Assembly: GCA_963845565.1 (NCBI GenBank)
Contig: CAWJSJ010000005.1
Span: 576,001 to 640,000 of the forward strand
From: an uncultured Methylomirabilota bacterium
Lineage (GTDB): Bacteria; Methylomirabilota; Methylomirabilia; Methylomirabilales; 2-02-FULL-66-22
Direction: 5' to 3'
DNA length: 64,000 nt
Below the pieces are notes generated by a model. That model searched no databases. It was not told where the DNA came from and saw nothing but the letters and a program-made list of their open reading frames with translations. This document shows, in pieces, positions 9,316 through 20,991 of the stretch. Numbering within the stretch: the stretch's first letter is position 1; the number at the start of each line of letters is the position of its first letter. Made by a program: the position numbers and the translations under genes.

Positions 9316-10392
9316 ATGTCCACATTGATCGACAAGCTGGCTGCCATCGAGCGCCGCCACGGGGAGATCGTGCAGCGGCTCTCCGACCCGGCGGTGCTGG
9401 CGGATCCTGCGGAGTATCAGCGAGCGGCCAAATCGCACGCCGAGCTGAATCCGGCGGTGGAGGAGTACCACCACCTCAAGAAGCTGCTCCAAGAGATGGA
9501 GGGCGCGCGCGGCCTCCTGCAGGAGACCGTCGACGCGGAGATGCGCGAACTGGTCGCGGCGGAGCTGGCGGAGCTCGAACAGCGGCGGGCGGCGCTCGAG
9601 GCGGCGCTCGAACTCATGCTGCTCCCCAAGGATCCCGCCGACGAGCGGAACATCATCCTGGAGGTCCGGGCCGGCGCGGGCGGGGAAGAGGCCGGCCTGT
9701 TCGCGGCCGAGCTGTTCCGCATGTACCTGCGGTACGCCGAGACGCAGCGCTGGCGGGTGGAGATGATCGCGGGCAACGCCACCGGGATCGGCGGGGTGAA
9801 AGAGGCGATCTGCACGGTGGAGGGTCGCGGGGCGTACAGCCGGCTCAAGTTCGAGAGCGGCGTACACCGGGTGCAGCGGGTGCCCGCCACCGAGGCCAGC
9901 GGGCGGATCCACACCTCCACGGTCACGGTGGCGGTGCTCCCCGAAGCGGAGGAGGTGGACATCCAGATCAATGCGAATGATCTGCGCATCGATGTCTTTC
10001 GCTCCACCGGGCCCGGCGGGCAGAGCGTCAACACGACCGACTCGGCCGTCCGGATCACGCACTTGCCCAGCGGGCTGGTGGTGACCTGCCAGGACGAGAA
10101 GTCCCAGCACAAGAACAAGGCCAAAGCGCTCAAGGTCCTGCGCGCCCGCCTCTACGACCAGGAACTCACGCGGCGGAAGGCCGCCATCGATCAGAACCGC
10201 CGGACGCAGGTCGGGAGCGGCGAGCGGGCGGAGAAGATTCGCACCTACAATTTTCCCCAGAATCGGGTCACGGACCACCGCATCGGGCTCACCGCCCACA
10301 ACCTGAGCGCGGTGCTGGAGGGAGACCTGGACGACTTGATCCAGGCGCTGGCGGCCCACGACCAAGCGGAGCGCTTGAAGGCGCTGTCATGA
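9316..10392 (+). CDS. prfA: Peptide chain release factor 1
   Basis: [14 protein letters not shown] (PxT motif), [24 protein letters not shown]. Confidence 0.98.
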   Translation: MSTLIDKLAAIERRHGEIVQRLSDPAVLADPAEYQRAAKSHAELNPAVEEYHHLKKLLQEMEGARGLLQETVDAEMRELVAAELAELEQRRAALEAALELMLLPKDPADERNIILEVRAGAGGEEAGLFAAELFRMYLRYAETQRWRVEMIAGNATGIGGVKEAICTVEGRGAYSRLKFESGVHRVQRVPATEASGRIHTSTVTVAVLPEAEEVDIQINANDLRIDVFRSTGPGGQSVNTTDSAVRITHLPSGLVVTCQDEKSQHKNKAKALKVLRARLYDQELTRRKAAIDQNRRTQVGSGERAEKIRTYNFPQNRVTDHRIGLTAHNLSAVLEGDLDDLIQALAAHDQAERLKALS

Positions 10393-11387
10393 TGCGACTG
10401 CGACTGCCCGAGATGCCGCGCTTCCTGCAGGGGGACGCGCTGTCCCTGCCGCACGACTGCTGCCCGGCCGTGGACGCGTGTGTGGCGAGCGGGGCGCTCC
10501 TCTTGGAGCAGGCCGGCATCGAGACCGCCCGCTTGGACGCGGAGTGCCTGGTGGCCGCCGTCCTCGGCTGTGCGCGCTGGCAACTGACCCTGGAACCGCA
10601 CCGGCGTCTCGCGCCCGACGAGTTCGGCCGCATCCTGCGGCTGCTCCAGCGCCGGGAACGGCGCGAGCCGCTGGCCTACGTCCTCGGGACGCGGGAGTTC
10701 TGGTCGCTGCCGTTGGCCGTCTCGGCGGGCGTGCTGGTTCCCCGGCCGGAGACCGAGACGCTGGTCGAAGCCGCGCTCGCCGCGTGGGGTGAGCTGAGAG
10801 CTGAGAGCCGAGAGCCGAGAGCCGCGAGCCGCGAGATGCGAGCGGAGAGCGGAGATGCGGGGCCCACCATCGTGGAGTTGTGCACGGGGTCGGGCGCCGT
10901 GGCCATCGCCCTCGCGAAGGAATTGCCGACCGCGCGCCTGCTGGCGACGGACGTCTCCTGGCGGGCGCTCCGCGTGGCGCGTGCCAACGCGGAACGGCAC
11001 GGCGTCGCCCCGCGGATCGCGTTCCTCCGCGGGGATCTGTGGCGGGCCGTCAACGGACAGGCGCCGGCCGGATCGGTGGACCTGGTGGTGGCGAACCCGC
11101 CCTACCTCAGGTCGCCGGAGCTCGCGACGCTGATGCCCGAGGTCCGCTGGGAGCCGCGTCTGGCGCTGGACGGAGGGGCCGACGGCTTGCGGGTGCTCCG
11201 CGAGATCGTGGCGTCCAGTCCCGACCGGCTCCGTCCCGGCGGCGCGCTTCTGCTGGAGATCGGGGCGGACCAGGCCGAGGCGGTGGGGGCCCTGATGGCC
11301 GCCTCGGGCCGGTTCGAAGCGGCCCGGCTGCGTCGGGATCTGGCGGGGCGGCCCCGCGTCGTCGTTGCTCGACGACGCGGAATGTAA
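10389..11387 (+). CDS. prmC: Release factor glutamine methyltransferase, with a repeat-derived linker insertion
   Basis: [44 protein letters not shown]. Confidence 0.95.
   Translation: MMRLRLPEMPRFLQGDALSLPHDCCPAVDACVASGALLLEQAGIETARLDAECLVAAVLGCARWQLTLEPHRRLAPDEFGRILRLLQRRERREPLAYVLGTREFWSLPLAVSAGVLVPRPETETLVEAALAAWGELRAESREPRAASREMRAESGDAGPTIVELCTGSGAVAIALAKELPTARLLATDVSWRALRVARANAERHGVAPRIAFLRGDLWRAVNGQAPAGSVDLVVANPPYLRSPELATLMPEVRWEPRLALDGGADGLRVLREIVASSPDRLRPGGALLLEIGADQAEAVGALMAASGRFEAARLRRDLAGRPRVVVARRRGM
10791..10854 (+). repeat. Family C (GAGAGCC)n heptamer tract in frame within prmC
   Basis: gagct gagagct gagagcc gagagcc gagagcc gcgagcc gcgagat...; encodes [21 protein letters not shown]. 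Confidence 0.8.
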
Positions 11388-11418
11388 AACGGACAACCGA
11401 CAATAGAAAACCGATCAA
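11381..11418. repeat. Family A element, left arm only; contains the prmC stop codon
   Basis: aatgtaaaacggacaaccgacaatagaaaaccgatcaa. Confidence 0.65.
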
Positions 11419-11433
11419 TCCACGGAGTGGCAG

Positions 11434-12689
11434 GTGGACCAGCTAGTCATCCGGGGTGGGAAGGCGCTCTGCGGGGAGGTGCAGGTGAGCGGCGCCAAGA
11501 ACGCGGCCTTGCCGCTGATGGCGGCGGCGCTGCTGACGGCGGAGCCGCTCCGGCTGTCGAACGTTCCCCGGTTGATGGACGTCCGGACCATGACCCGGCT
11601 GCTACGCCACCTGGGGACGGAGGTGGCGGGGGACGGGACGGCCGATCTCACCTTGCAGGCACGCCAGATTTCGCGCCCCGAGGCGCCCTACGACCTCGTC
11701 AAGACGATGCGGGCCGCCGTGGTGGTCCTGGGCCCCCTGGTGGCGCGGTACGGCCGGGCGCGCGTCTCGCTTCCGGGCGGCTGCGCCATCGGACCCCGCC
11801 CCATCAATCTCCACCTGATGGGACTGGAGAAGCTGGGCGCCACCATTCGACTCGACCAGGGGTACGTCGAAGCGGAGGCGGCGCGCCTCACCGGCGCGCG
11901 CATCGCCTTCGACATCCAGACCGTCACGGGGACCGAGAACCTGATGATGGCGGCGACGCTGGCCGAGGGGACCACGGTTCTGGAGAACGCGGCCTGCGAG
12001 CCGGAGGTGACGGACCTGGCGGCGCTCCTCAATCGCATGGGCGGCAAGATCGAGGGCGCCGGCACGCAGACGATCACCATCCGCGGGGTCTCCGCGCTGC
12101 AGGGGGTGAGCCATCGGACGATTCCCGACCGGATCGAGGCCGGCACCTTCGCCATGGCCGGGGCCATCACGGGGGGGACGTCACGATCCGCGGATGCCGC
12201 CCGGACCATCTGGACGCGGTCCTCGCCAAGCTGGAGGAGACCGGCGCCCGGATCGAGGCCGGGGCGGACAGCCTGCGGGTGGTCGCGGGCGGGCGGCCGA
12301 AGGCGGTCCACGTGCGGACGCAGCCGTTCCCGGGGTTCGCCACGGACATGCAGGCGCAGATCATGGCCCTCATGACGGTGGCCGAGGGGCAGAGCGTCAT
12401 CACCGAGTCGGTCTTCGAGAACCGGTTCATGCACGTGAACGAGCTCCTCCGGATGGGGGCCGACATCACGATCGCGGGGAACACGGCCGCGGTCCAGGGG
12501 ATGCCCCACTTGCTGGGCGCCCCGGTGATGGCCACCGATCTCCGGGCCAGCGCCTCGCTGGTGATCGCCGCCCTGGCCGCCCGCGGCGAGACGGTGATCT
12601 CCCGGATCTACCACCTGGACCGGGGCTACGAGGCCATCGAGGCCAAGCTGACCGGCCTGGGCGCCGACATCCGGCGGGTGAAGAGCTGA
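11434..12689 (+). CDS. murA: UDP-N-acetylglucosamine 1-carboxyvinyltransferase, with a 1-nt deletion frameshift in the G-run at 12171-12177 (probably an assembly error)
   Basis: [28 protein letters not shown] in one frame; [31 protein letters not shown] in the other. Confidence 0.93.
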
Positions 12690-12706
12690 CGGGTGCGAGG
12701 ACGCGC

Positions 12707-13377
12707 GTGACGCCCACCATCACCGATCGCATCGCCATCGCCCTTCCCAAGGGACGCCTGTTTCCGGCGGCGCTGGCGCTGTTCGCGCGGGCCGGGATCA
12801 CGGCGGTGGAGACGCTGGCGGATTCCCGCCGGCTGACGCTGGACGACGACGCCCACGGGCTTCGATTCCTGGCCCTCAAGCCCGTGGATATCCCGACCTA
12901 TGTCGAGCACGGGGCGGCGGACCTGGGCATCGTGGGCAAGGACCTCTTGCTGGAGCAGGGGCGGGACGTGTACGAGCCCCTGGATCTCGGATTCGGGGCG
13001 TGCCGTCTGGTCGTGGCGGAGCCGGCCCAGCTCCGGGTGACCGACGACCCCGCGGCGTGGTCGTCCCTGCGGGTGGCGACCAAGTACCCGCGGCTGACGG
13101 AGCGGCACTTCAGCCGGAAGGGGATCCAGGTGGAGACCGTCCACCTGTCCGGCTCCATCGAACTGGCCCCGGCCATGGGCCTGGCGGAACGGATCGTGGA
13201 CCTGGTGGACTCGGGCCGCACGCTGGCGGAGAACGGACTGGTCGAGGTGGAGGAGATCCTGCGGACCTCGGCGCGCCTGATCGTCAACCGGGCCAGCCTG
13301 AAGACGCGGTACCGGGCGATCCAGGCCCTGATCGACTCGCTGCGATCCCAGACGCCGGCCCGGCGCGGAGGGGCACG

Positions 13378-13387
<10 letters not shown>
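12707..13387 (+). CDS. hisG: ATP phosphoribosyltransferase, short form (HisZ not in window)
   Basis: [56 protein letters not shown]; no ACT domain. Confidence 0.95.
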
Positions 13388-14669
<1,282 letters not shown>

Positions 14670-14673
<4 letters not shown>

Positions 14674-15788
14674 GCTTCGATCTGGCAGCCGTCATCCGGC
14701 CCGAGGTACGGGCGCAGATCCCCTACCACACCGGACCGGAGCCGGCGCCGGGACGGCGCGTGAAGCTGGACGCCAACGAGAGTCCCTTCGCCCTGGGCGA
14801 GGCGCTGCGGGGGGAGCTGGCGGCGGAGTTCGCGCGGGCCCTGGCGGACGTGGAGCTGCACCGCTACCCCGATCCCACCGCGCGGGATCTCCGGGCCCTG
14901 TTGGCCCGCGACCTCGGCGTGGCGGCGGAGCGGATCCTGGTCGCGAACGGCTCCGACGAGGCCATCCAGATGCTCCTGATGGCGGCGGCGGGGCCCGGCG
15001 CGGCGATCGCCATCCCCGTCCCGACCTTCGCGATGTACGCCATCGGCGCCCGCGCGATGGGGACGCGCGTGGTGGAGGTGCCGCTGGGCGACGCCTTTCG
15101 GCTGGACGCCGACCGCTTTCTGGAGGCCGTGCGGCAGGCGCAACCGCGGCTGGTCTTCCTGGCCTGGCCCAACAACCCCACCGGCAACCTCTTCGACGGC
15201 GCCGCGGTGGAGGCGATCCTCGCCGCCTGCGGTGGACGGGACGGCCAGGCCCTGGTGGTCGTGGACGAGGCCTACGTCCACTACTCCGGACGGAGCTTCC
15301 TCGGCCGCCTGGACGATTTTCCCAACCTGGTCGTCCTGCGCACGCTTTCCAAGATCGGTCTGGCCGGGATCCGGCTGGGGATGCTCATCGCCGCGCCCGA
15401 GGTGGTGCGCGAGGTGAACAAGGTCCGCATGCCGTACAACGTGAACGCCCTCAGCCAGGCGGCGGCCCGGGTGGTCCTGGCGCACGGGGACGTGGTGCGC
15501 AGACACGCCGCCGCCATCGTCGTGGAGCGGGACCGGGTGCAGGCGGCGCTGGCGGCGATGCCGGGGGTGACGGCCTTCCACAGCGATGCCAACTTCATCC
15601 TCCTGCGGACGCGCCGACCGGGGGACGCGGTCTGTGCCGATCTGCTGGACGCCGGTATCCTGGTCCGCAACTTCTCCCGGGCGCCGCACCTCGCCGAGTG
15701 CCTGCGCGTCACGGTCGGCGCCCGCGAGGAGAACGACGCCTTTCTCCACGCCCTGGCCGCCGCGCTCGGGCCCCGGAGGACCGCATGA
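14670..15788 (+). CDS. hisC: Histidinol-phosphate aminotransferase
   Basis: [43 protein letters not shown]. Confidence 0.96.
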
Positions 15789-16381
15789 GCCGAACCGCCG
15801 CCATCGCGCGCACGACCGCCGAGACGAACATCCGCATCCGTCTGGACCTCGACGGCCGCGGGGAGCACGCCATCGCGACCGGGATCCCGTTTCTGGATCA
15901 CATGCTGGCCCAGGTGGCCCGCCACGGCCACGTCGATCTCGCGGTGGAGGCCACCGGGGATCTCGCGGTCGACTTCCACCACACGGTGGAGGATCTGGGG
16001 ATCGCCCTCGGCGACGCCGTCTCGCAGGCCCTGGGGGACAAGGCGGGAATCGTGCGCTACGGGGCGGCCCGGGTGCCCATGGACGAGTCGCTGGCATCGG
16101 CCGTGGTGGACCTGAGCGGGCGTCCGTACCTGGTGCTGCAGGCGCCGCAGCTCGCCGGCGAGCGGATCGGCGACTTCGACGCGGGCCTGGTGCGGGAGTT
16201 TCTCCAGGCGCTCACCAACCACCTGCGGGCCAACGTCCACATCCAGATCGAGTACGGGCAGAACGCGCACCACATGGTGGAGGCGATCTTTAAGGCGCTG
16301 GGTCGCGCGCTGGATCAGGCGACCGGTCTGGACGGGCGCGTGGCGGGCGTGATCCCATCGACGAAGGGGAGCTTGGCCTGA
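15785..16381 (+). CDS. hisB: Imidazoleglycerol-phosphate dehydratase
   Basis: [39 protein letters not shown]. Confidence 0.97.
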   Translation: MSRTAAIARTTAETNIRIRLDLDGRGEHAIATGIPFLDHMLAQVARHGHVDLAVEATGDLAVDFHHTVEDLGIALGDAVSQALGDKAGIVRYGAARVPMDESLASAVVDLSGRPYLVLQAPQLAGERIGDFDAGLVREFLQALTNHLRANVHIQIEYGQNAHHMVEAIFKALGRALDQATGLDGRVAGVIPSTKGSLA

Positions 16382-16382
16382 C

Positions 16383-17018
16383 GTGATCGCCATCATCGAC
16401 TCGGGGATTGCCAACCTCCGCAGCGTGGAGAAGGCGCTCGGTTCGGTCGGGGCCGAGGCGGCCATCGTCGACGATCCGCGCCGGCTCCGGGAGGCGTCGG
16501 GGATCATCCTCCCCGGGGTGGGGGCTTTTGCCGACGGGATCGCGAAGCTGCGGACTGGCGGTTTCGTGGAGCCGCTCCGGCGCGAGATCGAGCGGGGCAA
16601 GCCGGTCCTGGGGATCTGCCTGGGCCTGCACTTCCTGTTCTCCGAGAGCGAGGAGTTCGGCCTCCACAGGGGTATGGATCTGCTTCCGGGTCGGGTGATC
16701 CGGTTCCGGGACGACATGGTGGACCCGCGGGGCGGCGGGAGCCGGCTGAAGGTCCCGCACATGGGGTGGAACCGGGTCCGGATCGAGCGGCCGGCCCCCA
16801 TCCTGGCCGGGCTGCCCGAGGAGCCGTTCTTCTATTTCGTGCATTCCTACTACGTGGAGCCGATGGACGCCGCGGTGACGGCGGGGACGACCGAGTACGG
16901 GATCCGGTTCACGGCGGTGATCTGGCGCGAGAATCTCTTCGCGACGCAGTTCCACCCGGAAAAGAGTCAGGCAGTCGGCCTTCAGCTCCTGAAGAACTTC
17001 GCGGCGCTGGCGACGTGA
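16383..17018 (+). CDS. hisH: IGP synthase glutamine amidotransferase subunit
   Basis: LPGVGAF, LGICLG, VPHMGWN, YFVHSY, QFHPEKS. Confidence 0.97.
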   Translation: MIAIIDSGIANLRSVEKALGSVGAEAAIVDDPRRLREASGIILPGVGAFADGIAKLRTGGFVEPLRREIERGKPVLGICLGLHFLFSESEEFGLHRGMDLLPGRVIRFRDDMVDPRGGGSRLKVPHMGWNRVRIERPAPILAGLPEEPFFYFVHSYYVEPMDAAVTAGTTEYGIRFTAVIWRENLFATQFHPEKSQAVGLQLLKNFAALAT

Positions 17019-17025
17019 CGGAGTC

Positions 17026-17166
17026 GGGCAACTAGGCAATCGGGCAATTGGGCGATTTGGGAACCGGGCAATGTGGCAACTGGGCGACTCCGCGATTTGG
17101 GATTTGGTGCGTATGTCCCGCAGGTTGGTATTTCCAGTCGCCTAGTCGCCCAATTGCCACATCGCC
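17026..17166. repeat. Family B hairpin element: inverted (GGCAATTG-like 8-mer)n arms, between hisH and hisA
   Basis: gggcaacta ggcaatcg ggcaattg ggcgattt...ccagtcgcc tagtcgcc caattgcc. Confidence 0.8.
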
Positions 17167-17206
17167 GCCTCGCCGACCGGGCGGTGCGGGACACGGAGTA
17201 GGACGC

Positions 17207-17932
17207 GTGGAGATCATTCCGGCCATCGACCTTCGCGGGGGCAAAGTGGTCCGCCTGGTGCAAGGCGATCCCGCCCGGGAGACCCGCTACGGGGACGACC
17301 CTGCGGCCACGGCTGCCGACTGGGCGCGGCGCGGGGCGGCGCGCCTGCACGTGGTGGACCTGGACGGGGCCCTGGGCGGCTCTCCCGCCAACCAGACGGC
17401 CCTGGCGGCGATCCTCGGGGCGATCCGGATCCCGGTGCAGGTGGGCGGTGGCCTCCGGACCGTCCAGGCGATCCGGGCGGTCTTGGACCTGGGGGCGGCG
17501 GCGGCGGTCCTGGGGACGGCGGCGATCCGGGATCCTCGGTTCCTGGAGGCCGCCTGCGCGGAATTTCCGGGCCGGGTCACACTGGGGCTGGATGCGCGCG
17601 GCGGCATCCTGGCCGTCGCCGGGTGGGCCGAGGCGACGACCATTCGGGCCACGGACTTGGCGCGACGCGCCAGCGACCTCCCGCTGCAGGCGATCGTCTA
17701 CACCGATATCCAGCGCGATGGGATGCTGGAGGGCCCCAATCTGGCCGAGCTCCGCGCCGTGGCGGCGGCGACGCGGATCCCGGTGATCGCCTCCGGCGGC
17801 ATCTCGTCCGTGGGAGATCTCCACGCCCTGCAGGCGCTGGAGCCTGCCGGCGTGAGGGGAGTCATCATCGGGAAGGCGTTCTACGACGGCCGGCTGACCC
17901 TGGAAGCGGCGCTTCGCGCGGGGCGGACGTGA
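17207..17932 (+). CDS. hisA: ProFAR isomerase
   Basis: [49 protein letters not shown]. Confidence 0.96.
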   Translation: MEIIPAIDLRGGKVVRLVQGDPARETRYGDDPAATAADWARRGAARLHVVDLDGALGGSPANQTALAAILGAIRIPVQVGGGLRTVQAIRAVLDLGAAAAVLGTAAIRDPRFLEAACAEFPGRVTLGLDARGGILAVAGWAEATTIRATDLARRASDLPLQAIVYTDIQRDGMLEGPNLAELRAVAAATRIPVIASGGISSVGDLHALQALEPAGVRGVIIGKAFYDGRLTLEAALRAGRT

Positions 17933-18789
17933 TGCTGGCAAAGCGGATCATCCCGTGTCTGGATGTGAAGGAGGGGCGGGTCGTCAAGGGGACCCGCTTC
18001 GTCAATCTCCGCGACGCCGGCGACCCGGTGGAGGTGGCCGCGCTCTACGACCGGCAGGGCGCGGACGAGCTCGTGTTCCTCGACATCACTGCCTCCCACG
18101 AGCGGCGGGGGATCATGATCGACGTGGTGGCCCGGACCGCCGATCAGGCCTTCATGCCGCTGACCGTCGGGGGCGGCATCCGGGCGCTGGAGGACATCCG
18201 GGCCTTGCTCAAGGCAGGCGCGGACAAGGTCTCGCTCAACACGGCGGCCGTGCAGGGGCCGGAACTCATCCAGCGCTCCGCCGAACGGTTCGGCAGCCAG
18301 TGCATCGTGCTGGCGATCGACGCCAAGCGGAGAGCCGAGAGCCGAGAGCCGAGAGCCGAGACCGGAGAGTCCTCCGGCGAGACGAATGAGGCGAGCGGCG
18401 CGCGGGGCTCGTCTCTGCCCTCTGCTCTCCGCTCTCCGCTCTCGTGGGAGGTGTACGTTCACGGCGGCCGGACACCGACCGGGAAGGATGCCGTGGCGTG
18501 GGCGCTGGAGGGGGAGCGGCTGGGGGCCGGCGAGATCCTATTGACCAGCATGGATCGGGACGGCACCCGAGATGGATACGACCTGGAGCTCACGCGGGCC
18601 ATCGCCGAGGCGGTCCGCATCCCCGTCATCGCCTCGGGCGGGGCGGGGACGCTGGAGCACCTCTTCGACGGGTTGACGACGGGCAAGGCGGACGCGGCCC
18701 TGGCGGCATCCATGTTTCATTATCGGGAGGTCACCGTGTCGGAGGTGAAACGGTACCTGGCAGGCCGGGGTGTGTCGGTGCGGGTGTAG
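17932..18789 (+). CDS. hisF: IGP synthase cyclase subunit, with a repeat-derived loop of about 38 aa
   Basis: [47 protein letters not shown]. Confidence 0.97.
   Translation: MLAKRIIPCLDVKEGRVVKGTRFVNLRDAGDPVEVAALYDRQGADELVFLDITASHERRGIMIDVVARTADQAFMPLTVGGGIRALEDIRALLKAGADKVSLNTAAVQGPELIQRSAERFGSQCIVLAIDAKRRAESREPRAETGESSGETNEASGARGSSLPSALRSPLSWEVYVHGGRTPTGKDAVAWALEGERLGAGEILLTSMDRDGTRDGYDLELTRAIAEAVRIPVIASGGAGTLEHLFDGLTTGKADAALAASMFHYREVTVSEVKRYLAGRGVSVRV
18330..18444. repeat. Family C hairpin element in frame within hisF
   Basis: (gagagcc)x4 left arm; inverted right arm ggggctc gtctctg ccctctg ctctccg ctctccg ctctcg. Confidence 0.85.
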
Positions 18790-18820
18790 CGCGAGCGCAT
18801 CCGGACCAGGAGGGACGACG

Positions 18821-19306
18821 ATGGAATTCCAGGCGGTGCGGATCGAGACCCCCGAAGGCGCCAACGTCATCCTGGGGCAGAGCCACTTCATCAAAACGGT
18901 GGAGGACCTGTACGAGATCCTGGTGACTGCGGTCCCCGGCGCAAAGTTCGGGATCGCGTTCTGCGAGGCGTCCGGCCCGTGCCTCATCCGCTCGGCGGGG
19001 ACCGACGAGGCGCTCCGCGGGGCGGCGATCCGGAACGCCCAGACGGTCGCCGCCGGTCACGTCTTCGTGGTGATGCTGCGGGACGCGTACCCCATCAACG
19101 TCCTGAACGCCGTGAAGCACTGCCAGGAAGTGTGCACCATCTTCTGTGCGTCGGCGAACCCGGTCGAGGTCGTGGTGGCCGTCACCGCTCAGGGCCGGGG
19201 CGTGATGGGCGTGGTGGACGGCCTGCCGCCAGCCGGGGTCGAGACGCCCGGGGACGTGGCGGACCGGAAGGCCTTTCTGCGGAGGATCGGCTACAAGCTT
19301 TCATGA
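18821..19306 (+). CDS. Adenosine-specific kinase-like (DUF355) protein
   Basis: [57 protein letters not shown]. Confidence 0.88.
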   Translation: MEFQAVRIETPEGANVILGQSHFIKTVEDLYEILVTAVPGAKFGIAFCEASGPCLIRSAGTDEALRGAAIRNAQTVAAGHVFVVMLRDAYPINVLNAVKHCQEVCTIFCASANPVEVVVAVTAQGRGVMGVVDGLPPAGVETPGDVADRKAFLRRIGYKLS

Positions 19307-19335
19307 CCCATACGGGGCATGCAAGGGGGAGTGCG

Positions 19336-20022
19336 ATGATCACGGTCCCGGAGACCCTGCGATTCGACGCCAACGGTCTGATCCCCGCCATCGTACAGGA
19401 TGCGGATGACGGCCAGGTCCTGATGTTCGCCTATATGAACGCGGAGGCGGTGGCGCAGACGCTCGAGACCGGCCTGGCCCATTACTACAGCCGGTCGCGG
19501 GGCCGATTGTGGCGGAAAGGCGAGGAGTCGGGCCACGTGCAGCGGGTCCGGGAGATTCGCTATGACTGCGACGAGGACACGCTCCTGCTGAAAGTGGAGC
19601 AAGAGGTTGCGGCCTGCCACACCGGTCACCGCTCCTGTTTTTTCCGCCAGCTTCCCGGCGCCACCTCCGCCGAGACCGAAGCGCCGGCACGACGATTCGA
19701 CCCGACGACCGTGTACGCCGGCCTGGGAGTCCTGCTGGAGATCTATGCCACCATCCGGGATCGGCAGGCCCGCCGTCCCGAAGGGTCCTACGTGGCGTCG
19801 CTGTTCGCCACGGGCGCGGACCAGATCCTGAAGAAAATGGCAGAGGAATCCGCCGAGGTCCTCCTGGCGGCAAAAGGCGGAACCCGGGACCAGCTCGTCT
19901 ACGAGATGGCGGACCTCTGGTTCCACAGTCTGGTCGTGCTGGCGGACCACGATATTCGCCCCGAAGAGATCGCGCGGGAATTGGGGCGCCGCATCGGGAA
20001 GCAAAAGTCGGAGTACGCCTAG
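19336..20022 (+). CDS. hisIE: Bifunctional PR-AMP cyclohydrolase / PR-ATP pyrophosphatase
   Basis: [57 protein letters not shown]. Confidence 0.96.
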   Translation: MITVPETLRFDANGLIPAIVQDADDGQVLMFAYMNAEAVAQTLETGLAHYYSRSRGRLWRKGEESGHVQRVREIRYDCDEDTLLLKVEQEVAACHTGHRSCFFRQLPGATSAETEAPARRFDPTTVYAGLGVLLEIYATIRDRQARRPEGSYVASLFATGADQILKKMAEESAEVLLAAKGGTRDQLVYEMADLWFHSLVVLADHDIRPEEIARELGRRIGKQKSEYA

Positions 20023-20083
20023 CGCGGGGCATCGGCACCAGGCAGACACCTGTCCGGCCTCCGTGCGCAGGGCCGCAATTCTG

Positions 20084-20112
20084 TTGACAGATTTCCCCCT
20101 CAAGCGTAAAGT
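20084..20112 (+). promoter_or_regulatory. sigma70 promoter of the rpsU-dnaG-rpoD operon
   Basis: TTGACA-N17-TAAAGT. Confidence 0.7.
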
Positions 20113-20197
20113 AAAACGCTATTTCACGAGGGATCAGGGAGCGGTTTCACCGAGCAGGAACCATTCGAGCAGTGCGGCGCAAAGGGGGTGTGAGGGC

Positions 20198-20398
20198 ATG
20201 CCGAGCGTGATGGTGAAGGAGGACGAATCCTTCGAGAGCGCGCTACGCCGCTTCAAGAAACAGTGCGAGAAAGCTGGAGTGCTGTCCGAGTTGCGCAAGC
20301 GGGAGCATTACGAAAAGCCCAGTGTCCGCCGAAAGAAGAAGATGCTGGCGGCGCGCAAGAAGGCGGCGAAGCGGATCCGGCTGGTCGGAGAGGCATGA
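20198..20398 (+). CDS. rpsU: 30S ribosomal protein S21
   Basis: [33 protein letters not shown]. Confidence 0.98.
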   Translation: MPSVMVKEDESFESALRRFKKQCEKAGVLSELRKREHYEKPSVRRKKKMLAARKKAAKRIRLVGEA

Positions 20399-20399
20399 G

Positions 20400-20849
20400 G
20401 TGGATCTGAAGACGCAGCTCGGCGAAGATCTGAAGACGGCCTTGCGGTCCGGGGACAAGCTGCGGACGTCGGTGATTCGGCTTCTCACGGCGTTGATCAA
20501 GAACCGCGAGGTGGAAAAGCGGGGCCCCCTGACGGATGCCGAGCTGATTCAGGCCGTCTCCGCCTCGTGCAAGCAGCGGCAGGAAGCGATCGACCAGTAT
20601 CGCCAGGGCAAACGGCAGGACCTGGTGGACAAGGAGACGGCGGAGCTGCAGATCCTGCAATCCTATCTGCCGGCGGCGCTGGGGCCGGAGGAGTTGCAGG
20701 TCTTGGTGCAAGAGGCGATCCGGGAGTCGCAGGCCGCCTCCCCACGGGAGATGGGCAAGGTCATGGCCCTGCTCATCCCCAAGGTGACCGGGCGGGCGGA
20801 CGGCAAGGTTGTCAGCGGGTTGGTTCGCGAGATGCTCACCAAGAGCTGA
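20400..20849 (+). CDS. GatB/YqeY domain protein
   Basis: DLKTALRSGD, KQRQEAI, YLPAAL, MGKVM, GRADGK. Confidence 0.92.
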   Translation: MDLKTQLGEDLKTALRSGDKLRTSVIRLLTALIKNREVEKRGPLTDAELIQAVSASCKQRQEAIDQYRQGKRQDLVDKETAELQILQSYLPAALGPEELQVLVQEAIRESQAASPREMGKVMALLIPKVTGRADGKVVSGLVREMLTKS

Positions 20850-20991
20850 TGGATCGCGGGGTCGGGGATGTCCCCGCGCCGCGGTTCACCGGGACAGGTT
20901 ACGATGGCGATGAGGCAAGGGACTCGGAACCGAGTCCCTTGCTTTTTTCTGGGCGCGCCGCGCCGCGGCCGCGCTCTGTGACACACGCACT

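Noticed and set aside
12165..12185. murA G7 tract as a phase-variation switch or programmed frameshift
   Set aside because: murA is normally essential, one added G restores a full-length protein, and similar indels occur elsewhere in the window, so a sequencing error is more parsimonious.
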